Shown: in pieces, positions 6,726 to 14,241 of the stretch
Layout of the letters: every line of letters begins with the position of its first letter
Position numbering within the stretch: the first letter of the stretch is position 1
IMG/VR virus record: IMGVR_UViG_3300045988_110003
Location: 1-15,280 of that record
Length of the DNA stretch: 15,280 nucleotides
Origin: a virus
Reading direction: 5' to 3' (one strand)
Position numbers and translations under genes: made by a program
The notes under the pieces: model-generated
What the model was told of the DNA's origin: nothing
What the model saw: only the letters and a program-made list of their open reading frames with translations
The model's database searches: none

Positions 6726-6973
6726 CAGTTTCGCCTCTCTTTCATCTGCTTCATGTAAATATCAGCCTGCATAGCTTCCGGGGTAAAGCTGTTGTTTTCC
6801 CACCAAGCCCAAATAGCAGCAGCGGTGGTGAGGCCAGCAGTTACCCACTGTTCCACGGAAGCGGAATCAATGGGCAGCGGGCTTTTGCCTGCTGCGCTCA
6901 GCAGCTGATTCACAAGGGCAAGGGCAAGAACAACAGTTCTTGCGACGGTTGCGGGTTTGACGTTCATTTTCAT
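6725..6973 (-). CDS. Holin, SPP1/XhlB-like family, 82 aa
   Basis: ARTVVLALALVNQLLSAAGKSPLPID...AAAIWAWWENNSFT matches the RT..L..AL.NQ....GKSPL...W.KNN pattern I recall for B. subtilis XhlB-type holins. There are two hydrophobic segments. Confidence 0.75.
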   Translation of the reverse strand: MKMNVKPATVARTVVLALALVNQLLSAAGKSPLPIDSASVEQWVTAGLTTAAAIWAWWENNSFTPEAMQADIYMKQMKERRN

Positions 6974-6976
6974 AAG

Positions 6977-7201
6977 TTATTCACCCACTTTCCTTTCTAA
7001 ATCGTCGATTCTGTGGTTTGCAACTTTGATTTGTTCTTCAATGACAGGAACACGCAAAGCAAAATTATTGTGCATCCTCACTTCCCTTGTCAGCTCTTCC
7101 AGCTTCGTTTCCGTCACCGCTGCTGAACGGCTGTTTGCAATGAGAACACCCAACAGGGTTACACCACCGGAAATGAGGGCCATAACGATTTCCGTTATCA
7201 T
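6977..7201 (-). CDS. Small membrane protein (N-terminal TM plus C-terminal coiled coil), 74 aa; lysis accessory or holin-like
   Basis: ATG at 7201 is preceded by AAGGAGTGG. The tracked start at 7276 overlaps the collar gene and lacks an RBS. The protein starts MITEIVMALISGGVTLLGVLIA and continues as a charged helical region. It sits immediately upstream of the XhlB-like holin, the position xhlA occupies in PBSX-type lysis cassettes. Confidence 0.55.
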   Translation of the reverse strand: MITEIVMALISGGVTLLGVLIANSRSAAVTETKLEELTREVRMHNNFALRVPVIEEQIKVANHRIDDLERKVGE

Positions 7202-7214
7202 AATACCACTCCTT

Positions 7215-8411
7215 TTAGTAAACGTCAAGACAGAATGTGCTACGCCAAGAATCTGCGATGTACCGATAGATGTCAAACTTCACGGTTTCCCGCTCTGCTT
7301 CAATCATCTGCTGGGTCGTGGTGACGCCGATGTTACCGCCTTTGGTGTATTCGTGCACCACTTCCGTGGTAACGTTTTCTTTGCCGGTCTGGGCAGTAAT
7401 ACTGTGTTCATCGTGCTTGCCGGTCTTGGAATCCTGAGCCGTGCCACGGTCGCCAGCCTGCCGTTCCGTGTGCCCGTGGCCGTCCGTGCTGCCGGTATCC
7501 CCGTGGGTTCCGTGGGCCCGGGATGCACTGTCAGAAAGTCCCGTGGTCAGCTGGCTGGTGTCTTCCTTGGTTTCCGTGTCACTGGTACTGGTCTGGTGGT
7601 CGGTCATGTGCTCTGTGGTCACATCGTCTTGGGTGCCGCTGGTGTTTTCGTTCTCTGTCCAATTGGTGTTGCGGGTTTCATCAGCGGTTCCCGTCTCCTT
7701 ATAAATGGTGGTGCTTGCGTCGAACGGCTGATAATTGGCTTCATTCTCTGCTGAAATTTTGCCCTCTACATCAGTTTGGGAGTCCTTGGTGGTCTTGACT
7801 TTATCGGTCATGGTTTCATCGTGGGACGTGAGGCGGGTTCCCGTGGTATCCCGGTCAAGCGTGCCCTTGGTATCCCGGGTGTCGTCCGCTTCGGTCTGAG
7901 TATGAGCAAACCCATGCTTCTTGCCGTCCTGACTGCCCACGGTCTTTTCCGTGGCGGCTCCGGTATCCGTGGTGAATCCATCATCCTTGGTATGCTCATG
8001 ATAAAGGTTGCCGGTGGTTTCCATCTGGTGACGGTCGTCGGAATGCTGGGACTGTTCTTCCGCTCCACCGTTGGAATGCTGGGCGACGTTCTGGGACGTG
8101 TCCCGGGTCACGGATGTCACGTCCCGGCTCCGCTCGCTCATATCGGTATTCCAAATCGGGTTATAGTCCAGTTTGGTCGTAGCAAAGAGCTTTTTCCAGA
8201 TGGGCAAATTCTGACGACTCCACCAGTACATCTCCTGCTTCATCCAATAGGGGTCAGGATGATACAGGGGGGCCAGACCATGAAGACGGCGAATACAGGC
8301 GATTACGCCGCCTTTTTCCACGCCGTCCGGGACAACCATGTTGGAAAACAAATCCCGGTCAACCATCAGCATGGTTTCCAAACAGGTCGAATGCAATTCA
8401 TTCAGAAGCAT
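7215..8411 (-). CDS. Lower collar / tail tube protein candidate (phi29 gp11 position), 398 aa
   Basis: It directly follows the portal gene with a 14-nt overlap. The ATG is preceded by GAGGTGAAGAAAG. The termini look globular and flank about 260 aa of Thr/Asp/Ser/Gly/His-rich polar sequence. Confidence 0.55.
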   Translation of the reverse strand: MLLNELHSTCLETMLMVDRDLFSNMVVPDGVEKGGVIACIRRLHGLAPLYHPDPYWMKQEMYWWSRQNLPIWKKLFATTKLDYNPIWNTDMSERSRDVTSVTRDTSQNVAQHSNGGAEEQSQHSDDRHQMETTGNLYHEHTKDDGFTTDTGAATEKTVGSQDGKKHGFAHTQTEADDTRDTKGTLDRDTTGTRLTSHDETMTDKVKTTKDSQTDVEGKISAENEANYQPFDASTTIYKETGTADETRNTNWTENENTSGTQDDVTTEHMTDHQTSTSDTETKEDTSQLTTGLSDSASRAHGTHGDTGSTDGHGHTERQAGDRGTAQDSKTGKHDEHSITAQTGKENVTTEVVHEYTKGGNIGVTTTQQMIEAERETVKFDIYRYIADSWRSTFCLDVY

Positions 8412-9378
8412 CTTTCTTCACCTCTTTTTCCTCTCTGCTGGGCTGCTGTTCGGATTCATCCGCTTCGCCTGCATCAAAATCCGGTTCAATCATCTTAAAG
8501 GTGATATTGGTTCCGTACATCTCGTTCACGATGTCCAAAGACTTTTCCAGTGTGATTCTCCACACTTCACGACGGTTGAACGTTTCGGCGTCCGCTGCTT
8601 TGGACTCCGTGACAACCATTCTTTCCTTTTTGTTGGGCTGAACACTGACGCCCAATTCCCGGTAAAAATCGCACAAGATGTTGCGGCGGTATTCCATAAG
8701 GTCGGGCAAGATAAAGTTCTTGCTCAAATCCCGGTCAAACTGCACCACCGGGAGCGTCCAGCCGGTTTCCCCTTTTGCGCTGGTCAGCTCTTTTACCATG
8801 TCGGGGTTCATGATGATACCGGGTTGACCGTTTGCAAGCTTCTGGAACAATGCTTCCAAACTCCGCTTCTGTTTGTCGTTTTTTGCCATTGCAGCGTATG
8901 CAAAACGGGCGTTGATTGCGCTTTGCCGGATTGCGATTTCTGCAAGCTGCATCTCTCTTGCGTATTTCGTCACCAAATCCCATGTGCCTTGGTAATCAGG
9001 CGTGAGCTTGATAACCCCGCATTCTTTGCCAATTTCCAGCGGACGGGGGAAATTAAAGAACGTGGTTGAAACCTGCATTCCCCGTGGCTGGAATTGCAGG
9101 CCAAAACCCGTGGGAAAGGCAGGCTGCACGACAAGGCCATAAGTTTTGGAACGAAAAACCGTTGCAAAACCCGTCCGGAACAGCTGGTATAAAAAGGCGT
9201 CATAATCCCACCCAACTTGCCCGGGCCCGGCTTCCGGGAGTCCGTTAAATTCAATCAGACCCCGCAAGCGCTGAAAGAAAGAGCGTTCCCAATACGTCAT
9301 ACTGTCTGTGGAAAAGGTTGCATCGAAATTGCCGCAAAGCGTACCCCCATCGTAATACCCACTATAACACTGATACAT
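8398..9378 (-). CDS. Portal (upper collar/connector) protein, phi29 gp10-like, 326 aa
   Basis: NKKERMVVTESKAAD...LDIVNEMYGTNITFK parallels phi29 gp10 EKKERMVTDEVSSND...CEKINELYGLNVKVK. IEFNGLP parallels FEWENLP. I prefer the start at ATG 9378, which is preceded by GAGGTGA. The alternative upstream ATG at 9441 overlaps the knob gene by 53 nt. Confidence 0.82.
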   Translation of the reverse strand: MYQCYSGYYDGGTLCGNFDATFSTDSMTYWERSFFQRLRGLIEFNGLPEAGPGQVGWDYDAFLYQLFRTGFATVFRSKTYGLVVQPAFPTGFGLQFQPRGMQVSTTFFNFPRPLEIGKECGVIKLTPDYQGTWDLVTKYAREMQLAEIAIRQSAINARFAYAAMAKNDKQKRSLEALFQKLANGQPGIIMNPDMVKELTSAKGETGWTLPVVQFDRDLSKNFILPDLMEYRRNILCDFYRELGVSVQPNKKERMVVTESKAADAETFNRREVWRITLEKSLDIVNEMYGTNITFKMIEPDFDAGEADESEQQPSREEKEVKKDASE

Positions 9379-9388
9379 AAGCTTCACC

Positions 9389-10915
9389 TCATTCAATAAA
9401 TACTCCTGAATCCATTGCGGAATTGATGTAGTCGATTTCATCCGGCTTTGCGTTCAGGGGTTGACAGGAAAAACCCGCTGTTCTGCAATACCCCATTGCA
9501 GGGGTTGCAACCCTCATAACGGGATGTCCATACAAGCCCTGAAAACCGGAATCGTCAATGGGCGGATAATACAGCAGTGTGAGCCGGGCCGTCAGGGGGA
9601 GATAAATCTGACTTGCACCGGACAGCGTGCCCACGCTCTGGGTGATGGGCTGTATTGACTGAGTGACAGCAGATACACCGCCTGCCGCTGCATTGGCTGC
9701 TTGCCCGGAACCAAAAGCGGCCAACTGCCCAAGGCCAGCACCGAAACCCCTTGCAGCAGCCATCACACCACCACCGAATGTCATTGCGCTGCCCACGGCT
9801 GAAACGGCTCCGCTCAACATTTTGCCCGGGTCAAAGTTGGATGTCCCGATACCATAAGGGGCCGAAATGTTGGTACTGCCCGTATAAATGGTATAGTTCC
9901 CCGCATTGACTTTGACCGTCACACCACCGTCAACAAAGGAAAAAGCCGTGATAATCGTTAAGCTGCTCTCGCCGTTGCACTGGTCAACGGGAATTCCAAT
10001 GACTCCGATAAAGGGGAGATAAAGCTGAATTTGGCAGTTCATCCGTTTCCAGTCATCAGCAGGCCAAGGGATGTCAATATTGACAACGTGCACTTTGTTG
10101 CTATTTGCACTGACGATGGGGGCAGAAACTCCGGTGGAAAACTGCCCCAACGTAATATTGCCGCTGCCTGTTCCCACAAGCCCGTCATCCACGGGAATCC
10201 AAATGCACGAACGGATATTGGAAGTTGCGTTTGCACCGAAAACAAGTTTGTTCATAAATTCAGGGAGTGCAATCTTCCAATCAATCATTGCTTTGGTTTC
10301 TGCTGCCCAACTGATGGAAATTGCGTCCAGCAGGCTGGCAAGCTGGGAGCGGCTGAGTGCGTAGGACAGCAGGCCGTCTTTACCAACTGCCGAAAGGACA
10401 TACACGCCAGCAGCGGAAATTGTGCCGGGACAAGTCTCTACTTCGCTGCTGCTGATTGTCGGGTGACGTGCTACCGCCTGCCGGGTATCCTGCAAGCGAT
10501 AGGTTGCACCGCTTGCGTCCTCATTGAAGCCATACAAAATGTATGCCTTGGTTTTCAAGATTTCATCCCGGTACGTTGCCAGCGGGTCAAGCTCTAACGA
10601 AAAAGTCCAGATGTTCGCCGTACCACGGCCACGGACGCCAATGGAAATGTCTTTAATCCAATAAAAAGATGCTGTTTCTTCACACTGGCAGTAATTCCAC
10701 TGGGGGGAAATGTTGATGCTATTCAGTGTGACGAAAATAACAGGATGTTCCATGCTGGTCGTCTGCTTGAAATCACAACGCTCTACATCCGGGAGTTTGG
10801 TGTAGTCAAAGGCTTGGGTGCTGTTCACTCGCTTTTGGACGTTGCCAAAATGGAAAGTATAACCATGCTCCACACTGGGGGCAGGAACAGCGCCGTTAAA
10901 GTCTCCTCTTGCCAT
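9389..10915 (-). CDS. Tail knob protein, phi29 gp9-like, 508 aa
   Basis: It lies between the capsid and portal genes, as in phi29. It has a Gly/Ala-rich hydrophobic segment (residues ~366-432) like the gp9 loop. The C-terminal LYGHPVMRVATP...DEIDYINSAMDSGVFIE parallels gp9 KYGYKINRVKKP...DLQEIRTIFDNGITLW. Confidence 0.75.
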   Translation of the reverse strand: MARGDFNGAVPAPSVEHGYTFHFGNVQKRVNSTQAFDYTKLPDVERCDFKQTTSMEHPVIFVTLNSINISPQWNYCQCEETASFYWIKDISIGVRGRGTANIWTFSLELDPLATYRDEILKTKAYILYGFNEDASGATYRLQDTRQAVARHPTISSSEVETCPGTISAAGVYVLSAVGKDGLLSYALSRSQLASLLDAISISWAAETKAMIDWKIALPEFMNKLVFGANATSNIRSCIWIPVDDGLVGTGSGNITLGQFSTGVSAPIVSANSNKVHVVNIDIPWPADDWKRMNCQIQLYLPFIGVIGIPVDQCNGESSLTIITAFSFVDGGVTVKVNAGNYTIYTGSTNISAPYGIGTSNFDPGKMLSGAVSAVGSAMTFGGGVMAAARGFGAGLGQLAAFGSGQAANAAAGGVSAVTQSIQPITQSVGTLSGASQIYLPLTARLTLLYYPPIDDSGFQGLYGHPVMRVATPAMGYCRTAGFSCQPLNAKPDEIDYINSAMDSGVFIE

Positions 10916-10944
10916 TATTCTATCATCCTTTCTTGTAAAAGTAA

Positions 10945-10970
10945 AGGCCCGGCCTTTTAAGGTCGGGCCT
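10945..10970 (-). terminator. Hairpin downstream of the capsid gene (partial terminator/attenuator)
   Basis: Minus-strand RNA is AGGCCCGACC-UUAAAA-GGCCGGGCCU (9 of 10 pairs) followed by UUACUUUUAC. It starts 10 nt after the capsid stop and lies upstream of the knob RBS. Confidence 0.55.
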
Positions 10971-10979
10971 TGCGGCTGG

Positions 10980-12239
10980 TTACGGCTGGGCGTCGTCTGC
11001 CATATAGAAGAGAATGGCGTTTTCGGTCGGGTCCTGAATATAGTTCATCTTCCAATGATGCTCGGTGTTATAATACTCGCCTTTCGTGTTAAAGGGAGTC
11101 GTATAAACACTGTCCATCATGTACACCGTTGCAAGGGCCCGACGGTCATACAGCAGGCCAACCACATAATCGAGTTTGACTTCCGGGCCAGTCTCCTGTA
11201 CTGCCGTATCGACGTTAAACTGAGCCGGGATAACGTCAACGGCTGATTTGTCGTTGATGTTCTGCCAGAAGTTGACGCCCTCGAAATTGCCAAAGGACAG
11301 GTATCCCGGGCCAAAGATAGCAGGGAAAACCCACGCCTTGGCATCGTTGATAAGGGGCTGATACAGGAGCAGTTTCTGTTCACTCTTGGGCGTGTCTCTG
11401 AGCAGGGTCAACGGGTCGCCGTTGTCATCGGTACAGGCGGGAACAAGGTGATACAGGTCGGTGCTCTCTTCCAACAGGGCCGTCTGGGTTTCCAGCAGGG
11501 AAACAAAGAACGAAAGAAACTCCTGCAAATGGGTGGTCAGCAGGTCGTGCGTGGTGTACGCTGTGCCTCTTGCCTTGTTGTACTCCGTGGTGAGGTTGAC
11601 TTTCTGGGCGGCTTTGCCGGTGTTGTACAGCATACCGATAAAGTTCATCACCTGAGCCCTGTTTTCTGCCGTCTTCCATCTTGCCACATCGTTTGCAACT
11701 TCCGTGGTAATGCCTGCCAGAAATGCGGATAGCTCGCTCTCGCTGGTGAATGCGGTCTTGAGCTGGCTTCTGAAAGTCGTGTAAGTCTGGTCAAGAGTGC
11801 TCTGGCCAGTATACCACATTTCCAGCGGATACCGCTTGGAAATCTTGTACATGTCCACGCTCTGGCCGTCTCTCAGGGTGTCGGGGTTCTGCTTGGTGTT
11901 GATGAATTTGGTTTCATCAAACTTGCCAGAAAAGAATGCAATCTTGCGGACGAAAAGGCCCCATTCCTGAGACGTTGCTTCGATGCTGGTAAAGCGGCCA
12001 GAATAGCTTCGGGTGGTGACGATGGTTCTTGCAACCATGTTGTAGAGGGCCTGCAACGTGCCCTCTTTGCTCTGGTTAAGACACATCTGACCAACGTTGA
12101 TAAAGCTGGACGTGTCAACCGCCTGAATAGCGGGGGTTTGGCCCGTTACCTGCTTAACCAACTCATTGGCAATGGTGTAGATGTCCTGCGGGCGGAAAAC
12201 GCTTGCACCTGCCAGCGTCGGAAAGTTCGGATTTGCCAT
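10980..12239 (-). CDS. Major capsid protein, phi29 gp8-like, 419 aa
   Basis: [25 protein letters not shown] parallels gp8 [41 protein letters not shown]...YYNTEHHW parallels VLVDKDWFMVYDNL...YWNYYYHVW. It follows the scaffold candidate. RBS AAAGGAG. Confidence 0.8.
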   Translation of the reverse strand: [419 protein letters not shown]

Positions 12240-12656
12240 TTACTTTACAACTCCTTTCATGAAATCCACGTCAGCGGCGGGGGCCGCTGCGGGCTTGATT
12301 GCACCCATGATGATATCTTCAACACTGGTAACGGTGGGGGGTGCGCCCACGGTGCCAGCGGACGGAACGGGGTTTGTCAACACTTCAACCTTTTTGCTCA
12401 GGTTCTCAAGCGCCGTCATCATCTGCCCATAATCGGGAATGGCGGGGGACTTGGGCGGCTCGTTCATCTGAGTGCCCAACGGGTCAGTTTTATGCATGTC
12501 CGGGACGGTCTGAACCGTGGGTGCTGCTGCACCGGGAACCTGTACCGGGCTGGGGGGAGTCGTCTGTGGATTGCCCAAGTTCATAAATGCTGCGATGTCC
12601 GATTTGGTAAAGCCAGCGTTTGCAAGGGATACAACTTCGTTAAGAGTGAGTGCCAT
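12240..12656 (-). CDS. Scaffolding protein candidate, 138 aa
   Basis: It is immediately upstream of the capsid gene. ATG at 12656 is preceded by GGAAAGGTGG. The protein is Pro/Ala-rich with no TM segment. The assignment rests on position only. Confidence 0.45.
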   Translation of the reverse strand: MALTLNEVVSLANAGFTKSDIAAFMNLGNPQTTPPSPVQVPGAAAPTVQTVPDMHKTDPLGTQMNEPPKSPAIPDYGQMMTALENLSKKVEVLTNPVPSAGTVGAPPTVTSVEDIIMGAIKPAAAPAADVDFMKGVVK

Positions 12657-12657
12657 A

Positions 12658-13056
12658 TCAATAACCACCTTTCCAGCGTGCGTGCCCTGTACGCACGTCT
12701 ACATGCGTGAACGTTTTATAAATGCCGATACCGCCTGAGCTGCCCAAATAGCATTCTGCTATTTCGGCAACCCTTGCAGGTGGTACACCTGCTATGACGA
12801 TATCAGCAGCCTTTCCGACACAATGCTGTGAGTGGGGAGATGCATTCTTGAGCGTTGCGTTGTACTCCGGTGAACGGTATCCGCTGTTAATGTGAACGGG
12901 TTTTCCCGTATAATTCCGGATGTTCTCCAAGAGCCGCAACAACTTTTCATCCACCTTTACAAGGTCGGTGGGGTCGTGTTTGGAATGAAATTCCCTCACT
13001 CGAAAGTGAGGGGACAGCCGTTTTTCGGCTGCGTATTTATAGGAGTAAGTGAGCAT
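12658..13056 (-). CDS. Zn-dependent cell-wall peptidase, Peptidase_M15_3 (M15A, YcbK-like) family, 132 aa; endolysin candidate
   Basis: FRVREF...LLRLLENIRNYTGKPVHINSGYRSPEYN...SQHCVGKAADI...GIGIYKTFTHVDVR carries the SGYR, SxHxxGxAxD and HVD zinc-ligand pattern of this family. Confidence 0.8.
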   Translation of the reverse strand: MLTYSYKYAAEKRLSPHFRVREFHSKHDPTDLVKVDEKLLRLLENIRNYTGKPVHINSGYRSPEYNATLKNASPHSQHCVGKAADIVIAGVPPARVAEIAECYLGSSGGIGIYKTFTHVDVRTGHARWKGGY

Positions 13057-13079
13057 TGTCCCACGTCCTTTCTAACAAA

Positions 13080-13150
13080 GCAGGGGGTGCGCAAAACTGA
13101 AATGCTACCCCGTGGGCTTCCGGCCCATCAGTTTTCTGGGGGCCCCCTGC
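13080..13150 (-). ncRNA. 71-nt structured RNA element at the 5' end of the internal-promoter transcript (leader, attenuator or small RNA)
   Basis: Minus-strand RNA is GCAGGGGG-CCCCCAG-AAAACUGA-UGGGC-CGGAA-GCCCA-CGGGGUAGCAUU-UCAGUUUU-GCGCA-CCCCCUGC followed by UUUGUU. This gives three nested stems of 8, 8 and 5 bp, plus a possible crossing CCCC/GGGG pairing. It starts at the predicted transcription start site. Confidence 0.4.
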
Positions 13151-13156
13151 ACTTAT

Positions 13157-13185
13157 ACTATACTAAAGTTAGTCTTCGATGTCAA
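13157..13185 (-). promoter_or_regulatory. Internal promoter for the structural operon (sigma-A type)
   Basis: On the minus strand: TTGACA (13185-13180), a 17-nt spacer, TATAGT (13162-13157), and an A-rich tract upstream (AAAATCAAAAAATATC). It overlaps the 3' end of the ATPase gene. Confidence 0.65.
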
Positions 13186-14239
13186 GATATTTTTTGATTT
13201 TGAGCAGGGTCGGAATGTCGCTGCACCAAACCTGATTCAGATTCAGCATTGCTTCAAAGAACGGGTGATGCAAACGAAAGGCAGTTTTCCCGGCTTTACT
13301 GTCTTCATACACTTCACGACTGTCATGGTGGGACGTGCACAAGTAGTACCGGTTGCCGTTGTAGCTGTAGCAGTACAGGCCAGCAACAACAAACTCCGGT
13401 TTCATACCTCTCAAGTTCATGGGGTGAACGTTGGACAGGTCGTTATAGGAAAACTTATTTTCCATTGCCATCTGATAGAATTTACTGTCTTTGTTCTTGG
13501 ACATGTGACGCATGAACGCCGTTTGGGCCCGTTTGCTACTGACAACTTCCGACTTAGGCATTGCCAGAAAAACGCCGGAATCTGTCATCATCCATTCTTT
13601 GCCGGTACGTACCATTTTTGAAAGGTCGTCCAGCAATCCCAATTCCACCAAGATGGGCGACGCAATATCAAAGGCATTCGCCAGCAGCCAAATCTTGAGC
13701 GGGGGCTTGCCTTGCAGTTCCCGGTTGCCATTGATGGTAACATAAGCGTTTAAGAGTGCATCGCCCTCAGCCTTGCGCTTGACCACGATTCTTTCCGGAA
13801 TAAATTCATCAAAGACAACCTCTTCAAACTGTGTGCCGTTGAAGCCACGAATATTGGCAATGCTGGGGAGCGTCATTCCAATTCCGTACTTTTCAAGACA
13901 CTCTTTCGGCTTGCCCTCTTCATACTCAAAGCGGCCAATGGTATAAGTCACCTTGCCACTCTTCACAATGTCCGCTTCAAACCCCTCAGACTTGAGCGGA
14001 AGAAAGGGATTCAAATCCGGGTCACTGGTAATGGCGTCAAATTCGGTTGTAGTGCGTCTCAGATACAGGAACCGCTTGCCCTGTTTTAATTCGTGTAAGA
14101 GTGTGCCATAAGTCTTGCCCACTTGACGCTTGCCGATGATGATATTACACCAACAACCTAAAGAAGCGATGGATGGGATATTAACCCACCCACCGCTTTG
14201 GTAAAGGTCAAGCGGGATAACTCTACTCCGCCTGCTCAT
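13169..14239 (-). CDS. DNA packaging (encapsidation) ATPase, phi29 gp16-like, 356 aa
   Basis: Walker A IIIGKRQVGKTY parallels gp16 VIGARGIGKSY. RFLYLRRTTTEF parallels QFIYVRRYKPEL. Walker B VVFDEFIPE parallels IVFDEFIRE. RBS GAGGTGA. Confidence 0.9.
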   Translation of the reverse strand: MSRRSRVIPLDLYQSGGWVNIPSIASLGCWCNIIIGKRQVGKTYGTLLHELKQGKRFLYLRRTTTEFDAITSDPDLNPFLPLKSEGFEADIVKSGKVTYTIGRFEYEEGKPKECLEKYGIGMTLPSIANIRGFNGTQFEEVVFDEFIPERIVVKRKAEGDALLNAYVTINGNRELQGKPPLKIWLLANAFDIASPILVELGLLDDLSKMVRTGKEWMMTDSGVFLAMPKSEVVSSKRAQTAFMRHMSKNKDSKFYQMAMENKFSYNDLSNVHPMNLRGMKPEFVVAGLYCYSYNGNRYYLCTSHHDSREVYEDSKAGKTAFRLHHPFFEAMLNLNQVWCSDIPTLLKIKKYLDIED

Positions 14240-14241
14240 AT

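Noticed and set aside
6957-8498. Long + strand ORFs (6957-7754, 7776-8498, and also 8338-9069) opposite the collar and portal genes
   Set aside because: These are antisense shadows of well-supported minus-strand genes. They have no RBS and an implausible composition.
13138-13147. 10-bp palindrome GGGGGCCCCC
   Set aside because: I considered it as a stand-alone protein or restriction site. It is better explained as the junction of the outer stem arm and the adjacent C-run of the structured RNA element at 13080-13150.
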